A stretch of 31,845 bases of DNA from a virus. Taxonomy: Duplodnaviria > Caudoviricetes. Shown piece by piece: positions 1-8,569 of the stretch (the first letter of the stretch is position 1; every line of letters begins with the position of its first letter). Where the stretch lies: positions 1-31,845 of IMG/VR virus record IMGVR_UViG_3300046823_000070. One strand, 5' to 3'. Both the position numbers and the translations under genes were made by a program. The notes under the pieces were generated by a model that was not told the origin of the DNA, did not search any database, and was given only the letters and a program-made list of their open reading frames with translations.

Positions 1-24
1 GGGCGCTAGGAAGACTGTAGGCAT
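1..24 (-). CDS. 5' end of the next late gene (MPTVFLAP...), possibly tail fibre/tailspike; runs off the window
   Basis: ATG at 24 reads MPTVFLAP, a near copy of the MATVFL start at 242. Its position after the ejection proteins fits a tailspike in P22-like gene order (inference). Confidence 0.4.
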
Positions 25-242
25 GCTATACTTTCAGAGTCAGCCGTATGGGTCAGTTGTATGGCATCCACTACGGCAGTTTCCCGCGAGAGCGCATGAG
101 ACGGTATCGTCTGATGAGAAGTTGGGTGCGAGTTGCCTGCATAGCGTTCTTCCATACAAATTATCTTGCTATGCCAACGAGGGCTATCTTCCAACAACGA
201 GATCAGATACGGCTGACTTATCATAAGAAAGACTGTAGCCAT
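6..242 (-). CDS. 78-aa ORF spanning a structured insert; may not be a functional protein
   Basis: Starts by TAATG overlap with the ATP-grasp stop, and its stop overlaps the downstream ATG at 24. No recognisable motif. Confidence 0.3.
   Translation of the reverse strand: MATVFLMISQPYLISLLEDSPRWHSKIICMEERYAGNSHPTSHQTIPSHALSRETAVVDAIQLTHTADSESIACLQSS
38..218 (-). ncRNA. Putative structured RNA / small inserted element with 12-bp terminal inverted repeats and a pseudoknot
   Basis: Perfect IR AGTCAGCCGTAT (38-49) / ATACGGCTGACT (207-218). Inner stem GCATAGC (139-145) / GCTATGC (168-174). Its loop CCATACAA (152-159) complements TTGTATGG (57-64). Flanked by 15/17 direct repeats at 8-24 and 226-242. 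Confidence 0.5.
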
Positions 243-1525
243 TAGTAGTCCGGCATCTCGTCATATCCCAAAGCTTTAAGCTCAGGGATTTGCTTCTCAA
301 GCCTCTTCCCTATATCCGATCTCACTATCCTGTTCGGAAACTTGATCCTGTCGCAAGTCGCATAGACTTGTGGGATGCAGTCGTGCACATCGGATGATAG
401 GGCCGTAGCAAGGCAGACGTATGGGCCGGTAGAGAGATATTCTCCTTCCGGGCTCAATTCTACCTGCCACGGGGAAACGTTTTGCCACTCGTCCTCAATA
501 CCCGAGATTCTAAGCCCTTGAGCCTCGCCCTCATCGTCGGGGTAGGGAAACGGCGGCGCGGCCATGAGAACACCAATCGCTGTTCTTTGATCGACTTCGA
601 GGGAGTCTTTCCCTTCAAGAGCATCCTTCATCCATTTAATCGGATCGCCCTTGTGACTGGCAAAGAGGATTTGCGTCGATGGCCATCCAAATCTGTTGGT
701 GAACTCCAAACAATAAGGTCCGTGATCGGTAACGATACAGTTGAGATCACAGTCCCCCAAGTGTCCCAGTTTGCGTAGGGTTGCCTCCATCGGACCCAGA
801 GTTTCCGTGAACAACTTGGATTCATCCACATACTTGCATACCGTTCCCATCTCTCCCGTTGCTGGTCCATAGTCCTCGCTCATAAGTTTTTTGAACTCGA
901 AATTTACGTTCCTTGGTTTAAGGAACCCCTCAGAGCCCATCCAGGCTGAAACCCCTACCTCTATACCCTCGATGAAGTCCTGAAGCATACACGGACCCTT
1001 CAGGGTCATTCCTTGCTCGATCCAGGAGTTGATCCGCCATACCATGTCTTCAGGATCGTGTGCGCAGTAGGATAACGACTTGTCCTCTTCATCCCCGAGG
1101 GTCTTGAAGACCAGCCGTTTGTCTTGCTTTTTCGCATACGCCATAGCTTCTTGAAGCGTTTGAAACGTCTTGTAGGGAGGGACTTTCACCCCCTCTTTTT
1201 CAAGGGCCTGCATACCTGACTGCCTTTTGACCTCAAGTTCTGCACTTTTGACCGAGGGACCGAATACAGGAAATCCGTACTCACGATACCTTTCGAGCTC
1301 TTTTGTAACTTTCCCGTTATACAGGTTGACGATGAGCCCGGACTTAGCCCAATCCATGTGCGGTTTCCACTCGTCAACTCTCTCAATTCCAACGAATCCA
1401 AAACCATCGCGGGAGACGACCTTTCCCTCTTTAGGTATCCAATGCCTGACTTTATGCCCCGCTTCACTCGCACGGTAGGCTATGTCCAATCCGCAGGAAT
1501 CGGTATCAATAAGGAGAACATGCAC
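242..1525 (-). CDS. PurD-like (phosphoribosylamine-glycine ligase family) ATP-grasp ligase
   Basis: PurD-type motifs: FGPS..SAELE, QDFIEGIEV, GPATGEMG (compare GPNTGGMG), LEF.NRFG.P, and C-terminal R.DIG. Confidence 0.8.
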   Translation of the reverse strand: MHVLLIDTDSCGLDIAYRASEAGHKVRHWIPKEGKVVSRDGFGFVGIERVDEWKPHMDWAKSGLIVNLYNGKVTKELERYREYGFPVFGPSVKSAELEVKRQSGMQALEKEGVKVPPYKTFQTLQEAMAYAKKQDKRLVFKTLGDEEDKSLSYCAHDPEDMVWRINSWIEQGMTLKGPCMLQDFIEGIEVGVSAWMGSEGFLKPRNVNFEFKKLMSEDYGPATGEMGTVCKYVDESKLFTETLGPMEATLRKLGHLGDCDLNCIVTDHGPYCLEFTNRFGWPSTQILFASHKGDPIKWMKDALEGKDSLEVDQRTAIGVLMAAPPFPYPDDEGEAQGLRISGIEDEWQNVSPWQVELSPEGEYLSTGPYVCLATALSSDVHDCIPQVYATCDRIKFPNRIVRSDIGKRLEKQIPELKALGYDEMPDY

Positions 1526-1638
1526 TATTCACCTTCCTCGCCTTCTTCATCATCAGGGTCTAGAGGATAGTTGTTGTCCATATCCCAAGCGAATTCCTCT
1601 TCGGGGTCGTAAAGACCTGATCTTTCATCGTCCGGCAT
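1525..1638 (-). CDS. 37-aa highly acidic peptide (not in the ORF track)
   Basis: Reads MPDDERSGLYDPEEEFAWDMDNNYPLDPDDEEGEEGE. Fills the intergenic gap exactly; its TAG overlaps the GTG start of the ATP-grasp gene. Confidence 0.65.
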   Translation of the reverse strand: MPDDERSGLYDPEEEFAWDMDNNYPLDPDDEEGEEGE

Positions 1639-2914
1639 CGTCATCTTGAGTCCCTAGTCTTGAGAGTGGAATGAGGCTCGCCGCCCCAACCCTTGATGCT
1701 GAAGCGCCGGGCCCCAATGCTCCTGACTGCATGAGTTTAGACAACGCCAAACCTCTCGCAGCAGGAGAGATAAACGGTAGTGCCCCTAGAGCCATACCAT
1801 AGGGAGTACCTGTGTAATGCTCGGATAAAGCACCACCGCCACCCAAAGCTCCTAGAGCGAGGTAAGGTCTAAGAGCACTTACGTCCCTTGCTACGTCTTT
1901 GGGCTGGACAAAATCAGGGAAAGCTTGAGCGAACTTTCCCACTGTTTGAAGGTCTCCGGTGACTGCTTTAGTCCCTCGTTTGTCAACCATCCTGCCGATT
2001 ACTCTGGCGTCAATTTCACCAGTCCCGACATTCAACGCTTTCTCTATGTCGTAGTTTTTGGCGATGTTGACTCTAGCCTGTTTCAGAGCGGGCAGAAGGT
2101 TTGGGGCCAACTCTCCTGCTTCATTTGAAATTACTCCTTCCAGTCTGTCCACATTTAGGTCTGCTTTCATCGCAAGTCTGCGAGTAGCTGGATCTGGTTC
2201 CCTGCCGTACTTGCTCCACAGGTCTTTGGCATCAATTCGTGCAGATTTGAGTTTTTCCAATGCCTGAGCGGCTTTGTTCGATAGAGCGGAAATCTGCCTG
2301 TAGGGCAAAGACAACTGATGCCTAGCAGCCTCTAAGGTGCCTTCTGTTATCGGGGCATCAGGAGCAAGCCCAGCCTCACGCCGGGCAATGACCTGAACCG
2401 CCTCTCTGTTCCTTGAGGAGATTTCCCTGCCTATATCAGCTTTCCCCCCGAGGCTTTCTATCCCCCTCTCTACGTGACCAGAACCAACAGCGGAAGGCGG
2501 GACATTCAGGCCTAGATTGCGTCCCTCTTTTAGCGTCTGCATCTTCACAACGTCTTTCAGGGCGATCTCAGCGGGCTTTGCACCAGGAAATAAAGACGGT
2601 AGAGCCTCAAGGGCTAGGCTTGTCGCATATCCCGCCGGAGCCGCTAGGGGACGAGTAGCGGGACTTTTTGCCAACAGATCAGTTACACCAAACCCCGCCC
2701 TCTCGGGGAACTCAGAAAGCCCCCTAACCATGCTTCCAGGGTCTTCCTTACGAAACTCTCTAGGTCCATGAATCCCCAGTCTCCCAGATACCAATGGCGG
2801 GAGTAATTCCTGGGCATCTCCTCTCATCTGCTTCGGGGTCTTTCTCCCAACATCAGGGAGATCGTCAGCAGGAACCAAACCAGAAGGGAGATCGTCAGCG
2901 GGGACGAGTGCCAT
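1625..2914 (-). CDS. Putative DNA ejection/internal virion protein
   Basis: Ala/Gly/Leu-rich helical protein, last of three in the ejection-protein position. Likely start at ATG 2914 (TAATG overlap). N-terminal tandem LVPADDLP x2. Confidence 0.6.
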   Translation of the reverse strand: MALVPADDLPSGLVPADDLPDVGRKTPKQMRGDAQELLPPLVSGRLGIHGPREFRKEDPGSMVRGLSEFPERAGFGVTDLLAKSPATRPLAAPAGYATSLALEALPSLFPGAKPAEIALKDVVKMQTLKEGRNLGLNVPPSAVGSGHVERGIESLGGKADIGREISSRNREAVQVIARREAGLAPDAPITEGTLEAARHQLSLPYRQISALSNKAAQALEKLKSARIDAKDLWSKYGREPDPATRRLAMKADLNVDRLEGVISNEAGELAPNLLPALKQARVNIAKNYDIEKALNVGTGEIDARVIGRMVDKRGTKAVTGDLQTVGKFAQAFPDFVQPKDVARDVSALRPYLALGALGGGGALSEHYTGTPYGMALGALPFISPAARGLALSKLMQSGALGPGASASRVGAASLIPLSRLGTQDDDAGR

Positions 2915-4260
2915 TAGTCGTACTCCCACTTTCCGTCTTCATTCTTGTGCATAGGTCTGCCGCTTTTAGAGGTGGCTTTTTCTTGTTCCTTCTTTGATCC
3001 CGGAGGCTTCATAGCCGCTTGCGCCGCCCTTCCGGATGCTTGGGCTTCTTTCTGAACGGCACGAAGGACAGCCTCAAGAGCTTCAGGGGATTGCGCTGTC
3101 TCGAAGTTTCTCCTCCCCTCGGCCCGCTTCTCAACGTCCGTCCCACCCCTAGCGGCGAGCATGTCATAAGCATTTGAAAGCGAGGTCATGTACATACGAA
3201 ACTCTGCCAAATCGGGATTCGAGAACTTATCCTGACTCATCTGTTTGAGTTTATTGAACGGGATGAACTGCCCTCTTGGAAGTTTTGCAGAAGCCTCCCT
3301 AACAAGGGGAATGGTCTGCTCTAGTTCGTTCTCTGCATAAGCAACCTTACCAGCTATACCAGCCGCGACCTGACCCGCTTTCTTGACGTTAGCAAGATCA
3401 ATCTGTCCGTTCTTAACCTTGTCCGCGATCTCATCCGGGGAGAGGCTTGGGTTTCTTTCCCGAAGTGAGTTTAAGAGCCCAAGTTGCTGAGTTTTTGATC
3501 TGAACCCCGCAGGTAGGGAAACGCCCTTCTCTGCCAGAGCCGCAAGCAATTCCCCATTCTTACCCTCAAATCCTCCCTTTGTTTCGTCCGGCTTGAATCT
3601 CGGTCCACCTCCAACTTTCTCCCACTGTCCAGTCCTTGTGTTGTATTGCTCTTGAACCTCGTTCGTTCCTTCGATCCTGTTCCTGGTCCTGGGGGCGGCA
3701 ACATCTGGCAATTTCCCGCCTTGCCTTATGATGTCGTCCTCAAGACCCTCGGGATTGTCGATGTACCTCCCCATAGCTTGTTTTATGTCCTGGTCGTCAA
3801 AGCCTGCGGTCCTGATCCTTCCTGTCCTGTCGTCTTCAGAAATGAGATTCTGCCTATCCAGGTTAGCGGCCTTGATAGCTTCGGGTCTTGACATACCCTC
3901 AGATAGATGCCGCTTGTAGGATGAAAGCGTAGCAGTCTTCACCCCGAGGTCGTATTGCTGCTGTTCTTGGCTTATCTGGAGTCTGTTTAGCCTTACTTTC
4001 TCGTTATGGTCCTGAAGCTTGAAAGCATAGAAAGGATCGATCTGCGCAGCTTGAGCGATAGCCGGTAGAGCGACCATCCCTGTTTTGGGGTCCACCGATC
4101 CCGGTTGTTTCATCAACTGGGTAATGCCTTGCTGTTTCTGAGTCTCTACCTGTTGAGCCTGAACCCTTTGAGCCAGGTCTTTAAGAGTCAAAGCCTGGAC
4201 AGGCGACATCATCTCCGTGGTCGGACGGAAACTGAGCGGAATGGATGCGTCAATAGGCAT
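2914..4260 (-). CDS. Putative DNA ejection/transfer protein
   Basis: MPIDASIPL N-terminus, Gln-rich helical N-half, synteny after the gp7-like gene. Confidence 0.6.
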   Translation of the reverse strand: MPIDASIPLSFRPTTEMMSPVQALTLKDLAQRVQAQQVETQKQQGITQLMKQPGSVDPKTGMVALPAIAQAAQIDPFYAFKLQDHNEKVRLNRLQISQEQQQYDLGVKTATLSSYKRHLSEGMSRPEAIKAANLDRQNLISEDDRTGRIRTAGFDDQDIKQAMGRYIDNPEGLEDDIIRQGGKLPDVAAPRTRNRIEGTNEVQEQYNTRTGQWEKVGGGPRFKPDETKGGFEGKNGELLAALAEKGVSLPAGFRSKTQQLGLLNSLRERNPSLSPDEIADKVKNGQIDLANVKKAGQVAAGIAGKVAYAENELEQTIPLVREASAKLPRGQFIPFNKLKQMSQDKFSNPDLAEFRMYMTSLSNAYDMLAARGGTDVEKRAEGRRNFETAQSPEALEAVLRAVQKEAQASGRAAQAAMKPPGSKKEQEKATSKSGRPMHKNEDGKWEYD

Positions 4261-5018
4261 TATTCCCCCTGTGGGTTATATCCGAGCGGGCCGATATACC
4301 CGTTAACACTCTGATTGTAGGTTGGCTGTTGTTGCTGAGAAAGAAGGTTCTGCATCATCGAGTAATTCGTGAGGCTGTTCAGACCTCCCGCGAGACTACC
4401 AGCTACTCCCATTTGTCCTGCGGCTTGAGCATTACCCGCCCCGATCATGTTGTTCCCTATCTGCCCTGCGGTCGTGGTTCCAAAACCCCCAAGATTAGCC
4501 GCCGCGTTCTGTCCCGACTGAGAGGTGTTGTAGAGCCTATTCCATATATTCCCCACTCCGGTCTGGTAGTTGCTGAAGGCGTTTTGGAACTCGTTACTAG
4601 CAAGCCCTTGAGAGAATCTGGATATATCCTGAAGCGTTTGAGGGGCGTACAGATTCCCTCCCCCTTTGGCGTTGGCCGCTTTGTCTATCGCCTGCTGACC
4701 TTGTTGGAGGTTGAATTGATACGCGGGACTCTGTTGGAAGTCCTGCATACCGAACATGTGATTGAACTGCCCTCCGGGTTGAAGACCTTGCCCCAACTGA
4801 CTTAGAGAAGTCTGTCCCTGCTGCATCCAAGGCTGGAGGTTGTTGCTGATCCCCTGAAACTCAGCTAGTTGTGTCTGAGTGGCGTTGTTAGCTGCGTTGG
4901 CCTGAGTTTGGGCGGCTCGGTTAGACCCTATCGCTCCGATAACGGAAGAACCAACCGCGCCGCCTAGAATGGCCGCGCCAACTCCTAGAAATCCTCTTTG
5001 CCTTTTGAGTGACCTCAT
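4260..5018 (-). CDS. P22 gp7-like DNA ejection (pilot) protein
   Basis: Gly/Ala/Gln/Asn-rich, hydrophobic GxxxG N-terminus, and the SPAYQFNLQQGQQAI and AGNAQAAG motifs typical of this family; synteny. Confidence 0.7.
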   Translation of the reverse strand: MRSLKRQRGFLGVGAAILGGAVGSSVIGAIGSNRAAQTQANAANNATQTQLAEFQGISNNLQPWMQQGQTSLSQLGQGLQPGGQFNHMFGMQDFQQSPAYQFNLQQGQQAIDKAANAKGGGNLYAPQTLQDISRFSQGLASNEFQNAFSNYQTGVGNIWNRLYNTSQSGQNAAANLGGFGTTTAGQIGNNMIGAGNAQAAGQMGVAGSLAGGLNSLTNYSMMQNLLSQQQQPTYNQSVNGYIGPLGYNPQGE

Positions 5019-5341
5019 ACCAACTCCAGTCTATTCTCTTCGTGAATCATTGCGTGCTCTGAATTGTGGATACAGTAAAGCTCACTATCCTCTAAAGCTA
5101 GAAATTGGTGTTTAGTGTAGGCCGGAATATGGATCATTCCCGGCACGTAATCCATGTAGTTCGGGTCTTCACCTCTCCAAACTCTAAGAGACCCATAACC
5201 TAGAATTGTCACGTGACTGTGAGTATGCGCGTGTTGGGGGACGACTTCGTTTTTCTTAAGCTTGAATCTTTTGATAAACACCCCATCGACGGTGAGATCG
5301 AATTGCGGAATCTCCCCTATTGAGTCGCCATGGAATCTCAT
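5015..5341 (-). CDS. Cupin-domain protein
   Basis: PQHAHTHSH and IPAYTKHQF.ALED cupin motifs. Likely start at ATG 5341 (ATGA overlap). Confidence 0.75.
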   Translation of the reverse strand: MRFHGDSIGEIPQFDLTVDGVFIKRFKLKKNEVVPQHAHTHSHVTILGYGSLRVWRGEDPNYMDYVPGMIHIPAYTKHQFLALEDSELYCIHNSEHAMIHEENRLELV

Positions 5342-5598
5342 AGTTCTATCTTCGGGGTTTTGGTGAACGAAAGCACGGTAACATCCTCCACCGGCTCGAA
5401 GACATGCCAAACCCCCGCCCTCACATCGCAGAACTGCTCTTTATCGTATTCACCTTGAAGTCTTGAGTCTATCCAGTGACGAACCTTCCCAGACAAGACT
5501 CTCAGGACGTGATCCTCATCGACCCTTTTAGGCAGCACATCACCCACGTTCATCACCGAGGCTTTGGGTTGTACGTGGTTTAACTGACTGACGATCAT
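5338..5598 (-). CDS. Degenerate cupin-domain protein
   Basis: GDVLP...H.L.VLSG.V and V.AGVWH.FEP.ED cupin pattern; first His pair missing. Confidence 0.6.
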   Translation of the reverse strand: MIVSQLNHVQPKASVMNVGDVLPKRVDEDHVLRVLSGKVRHWIDSRLQGEYDKEQFCDVRAGVWHVFEPVEDVTVLSFTKTPKIEL

Positions 5599-5876
5599 CT
5601 CACCGCTCCATTACCATCGACCCAAGTATTCGAAGACGCAATAGCCAGGAACACCGGAAGCCCGTTCGTACTCAAGGAAGTATCAAAGAAAGGCATTCCG
5701 ATCCACCGTGCCTCACTCGAAGAGGTAGGTCGGGTAGAAGTCGGGCCGCTTCGTGTTGAGTAGAAGGCGATGTTCTGCAAGACATGGAAAAAACTCGCAT
5801 AGTCTATCGTTACCGTCCCGTCCTCTTGAGTGATGGGGGTTAGAGGTCCAGGCGGTTGAAGTTTCGGCCCAGCCAT
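5595..5876 (-). CDS. Small putative virion/tail-associated protein
   Basis: Coupled to the gp10-like gene; SGPT..RP...IG..FFDT.L...P.F.....WVD.NG motif typical of small phage tail proteins. Confidence 0.55.
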   Translation of the reverse strand: MAGPKLQPPGPLTPITQEDGTVTIDYASFFHVLQNIAFYSTRSGPTSTRPTSSSEARWIGMPFFDTSLSTNGLPVFLAIASSNTWVDGNGAVR

Positions 5877-7309
5877 CAGAACGTACCTCCTACCATCTCA
5901 GCACTGGCTCCAGTAAGGACTCGTTTTACCGGATCGGTGATCCTGAGTTTGATGATCCAGTCTCTCGCTCTGCCTAACCGCCTCCAGATAACCCTTTGCG
6001 TATATTGCCCAATAGCCCCCATCGAAGACCACGAAACGGCGGAGAAGGTCTGTCCGCCATCTTTGGAGATATCCAACATGATCTGGGGTATCGACCCCTG
6101 ACCCGAAGTCAGTCCGACGCCTGATTCTACGTCCACTTGGAGTTGGGGAATCGATATATATTTGTCGTCGTTCCATATGTGTCTTGACCAAACCTCCATC
6201 GGTAAGATGTCTCCAGCATAGGTAAATACGTTGTCGTCTATCTCGTAGATATTTCCGTTCCTGTAATCAGAGACTAGTTTCCTGTTGAGAAACGATGTGA
6301 ACTTGTTGGCTCTGAATCTTCCCCCGTTTGCGTCTTGTCTCTCACCCCAAGTCTGCCCTAACCCAGAAAACTCCCACGTCGCCCCTGCGGAGGGAAACCC
6401 GAGTTGTAGAAGCGGATTGCCTTTCAGCATGTACGCAAACGCCTGACAGTCTGCCGTGTTGGTATAGTCGTTGATGTTGTGGTCCAGTTCGTGAGTCGAT
6501 AGCTTCTGAAGTCTAAAGCCTGCCATACGGGAGACTTGTACATCCCCCATCTTGTTCTTGAAAAGACCCGCGAGGCTGTTGTCGTACTTACACAAAGACC
6601 CTGGAGCAGCTAGACCGAACTCCTGAGAACTTCCGGGGATGTTTGCATACGGGAAATCAGGATTCCCGGCGTCTTGCCAAAACTCAGTGTAGACATCCCC
6701 GAACAACTCAAGGACTGAGTGATCCGCTATCCCAGCTTGTATCTGACCTCCCCCGCTTCCAGTGAAGTTGATCTGAACGGCGGGCCACACGGTAGGGTCT
6801 ACACCGGGGGAGATTTGGGAGAGCTGGAACTGCCTGTTTGTAGATGAAGTGACTATGAAGTAATTATCCTGCCACGTCACCGTTTTAGGAGTCGTTGTAA
6901 AGTTCCCGTCGGTGATCTTGGTTAAAACACCCGTCCCCATGTTGTAGACCCAGCCGTTAGTTCCGTCTACCAAGACCAGGAACGTCCCATCATCGGCCAT
7001 CGAGACATCACCGCTTGAGGTGTTTATCGTCCCAATACTAGAAATTATCGCGGCGTTGTTTATCGAATACAACGTATTCCCGTTGACCGAAAAAACAAGG
7101 GGAGTCGTGAGGGTATTCACCGCCCACAACCCCCTAGAAGGGTTACTTCCTATAGAGGTGCAAAACGCCGTCAACCCCGGAGACCCTACTAGGGCGAGTT
7201 TTGTCCTATCGGGATCGATCTGCGGTTCCAGATAGCAGTTTATCCTCCGCTGAGCGTCTATCGCGGGGGAGTGACCTTTTAATCCGATTCCGAACAAATT
7301 AACCCTCAT
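5876..7309 (-). CDS. P22 gp10-like tail hub / DNA stabilisation protein
   Basis: 477 aa, beta-rich; N-terminal QRRINCY and C-terminal S.DGG.TFS...G.IGQY..RVIWRRLG.ARD...ITDP motifs; synteny. Confidence 0.85.
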   Translation of the reverse strand: MRVNLFGIGLKGHSPAIDAQRRINCYLEPQIDPDRTKLALVGSPGLTAFCTSIGSNPSRGLWAVNTLTTPLVFSVNGNTLYSINNAAIISSIGTINTSSGDVSMADDGTFLVLVDGTNGWVYNMGTGVLTKITDGNFTTTPKTVTWQDNYFIVTSSTNRQFQLSQISPGVDPTVWPAVQINFTGSGGGQIQAGIADHSVLELFGDVYTEFWQDAGNPDFPYANIPGSSQEFGLAAPGSLCKYDNSLAGLFKNKMGDVQVSRMAGFRLQKLSTHELDHNINDYTNTADCQAFAYMLKGNPLLQLGFPSAGATWEFSGLGQTWGERQDANGGRFRANKFTSFLNRKLVSDYRNGNIYEIDDNVFTYAGDILPMEVWSRHIWNDDKYISIPQLQVDVESGVGLTSGQGSIPQIMLDISKDGGQTFSAVSWSSMGAIGQYTQRVIWRRLGRARDWIIKLRITDPVKRVLTGASAEMVGGTF

Positions 7310-7838
7310 TGTAAATCACGCCAATCCCCATACCACTAGGAGCGTTCCAGATCAGTTGCTTTTTCTTGTAGATAGATTTAAACGTCTCAGATGCAGGACC
7401 GTGAGGAGCGCAGTCGTGAAAGGCAACCATCTTCCCCAAAGGCCCGTAGTTGATCCAATCAAGATTCACCCCTTTGTAGGAGTGATCCCCATCTATGAAA
7501 ACGAAATCGAATGGTCCCAATTTCTCCACCTGATTTACTATTTTCTGATCCTGAGAGTCGCCCAAGAACAAATGAATGTCGTATTCATCGGCTAAGTCTC
7601 CACAGACCTTGTATAACCACGGGCCGGAATGATAGCTCTGCGCGTCTATGTCCTTACCTAAGTCAACCGAGACGACCCTGCTCCTAGGGGTCATCGCTCT
7701 TGCAAAACGTCTCAAAGACTCTCCATACCTAGAACCTATTTCAAGCATGGATTTCGAGTCTTTCATTATCTTGAGAATCTCATCGAACTCCACTTCGTCC
7801 TGTGCGAAGAAATGATTCCCACTGGGCAGTTCCCTCAT
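7299..7838 (-). CDS. Class I SAM-dependent methyltransferase (Methyltransf_24-like)
   Basis: LEIGS.YG.S motif I, FDFVFIDGDHSY, and AFHD. Confidence 0.85.
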   Translation of the reverse strand: MRELPSGNHFFAQDEVEFDEILKIMKDSKSMLEIGSRYGESLRRFARAMTPRSRVVSVDLGKDIDAQSYHSGPWLYKVCGDLADEYDIHLFLGDSQDQKIVNQVEKLGPFDFVFIDGDHSYKGVNLDWINYGPLGKMVAFHDCAPHGPASETFKSIYKKKQLIWNAPSGMGIGVIYNEG

Positions 7839-8569
7839 TACACATCCCGATAGATGTTGTAGGTGTAGTAAGACCGAGAAACGATGCTGGGGTCGTAGTC
7901 TGCGATGTTCTCTCTGATGTTTGTTCTCTTGATATTCCCTAGAGACTCCATTGCCAACTGACCGACATTCTTTGATCCCGGAGACGCCGGAGGTATTGGT
8001 ATACCAAACATGTTGGAAATCTCAACCGCGAGGTTGTAGACCATCGCCCTCTCATACCCCGGAGGCATGGCTAGATTAGTCGTCAGACTCGCAAAAGTAG
8101 TCTGCTGAAGTAGGGAGTCGAAAAATACCGTATACCCAAGTAGAGGTGTCGGGAAGATGTTGATGACCCCTAGGGGAAACTGAGGGTCGTAGAACATCGT
8201 ATCCGGTAGTTGGCTAGTGATGTTCGTGCTTCTGTCCCCGATCTCGTTCCACTTGTCCCTCGGCAGGATTTGCATGATGAAGTTGTTCCCACTGGAGTCC
8301 TGGACGTAAGCCTGTGTGATGCTTAAAGGACGGGTGACGTTAATCACCCCACCAGACCCTATGGTGTATGAATTGGTCCCCGGTGAAAGAACGAACGAGT
8401 TTTCAAGTACCGCATAGGCCGTCAGGTTCTCATTCGACCAGCTATCAAGCATCGCGTTTAAAGCCGTCAGTCCGTCGTTCGCCTCCGAAGCGGAAGGGAC
8501 TTCTCCACCCCCCAAGGCTTGGAGAGCCCTCATCGAGCGGGTAATCAGGTCGTTCGCAGAGACGGCCAT
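7838..8569 (-). CDS. Head-to-tail adaptor (P22 gp4-like)
   Basis: DLI..S.R.L.....GE.P.A.E..DGL..LN.MLDSW and PPGYE.A..YNLA.E motifs; synteny. Confidence 0.8.
   Translation of the reverse strand: MAVSANDLITRSMRALQALGGGEVPSASEANDGLTALNAMLDSWSNENLTAYAVLENSFVLSPGTNSYTIGSGGVINVTRPLSITQAYVQDSSGNNFIMQILPRDKWNEIGDRSTNITSQLPDTMFYDPQFPLGVINIFPTPLLGYTVFFDSLLQQTTFASLTTNLAMPPGYERAMVYNLAVEISNMFGIPIPPASPGSKNVGQLAMESLGNIKRTNIRENIADYDPSIVSRSYYTYNIYRDV

Noticed and set aside
38-218. Retron msr-msd or group I/II intron
   Set aside because: The terminal IR resembles retron a1/a2, but no reverse transcriptase is in the window, and I could not find group I core or group II end motifs by eye. Kept as an unclassified element.
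242-1525. Straightforward purine auxiliary metabolic gene purD
   Set aside because: Family membership is clear, but the sequence is divergent (for example no GSGGREH N-terminal motif) and it lies in the virion operon, so orthologous function is not asserted.
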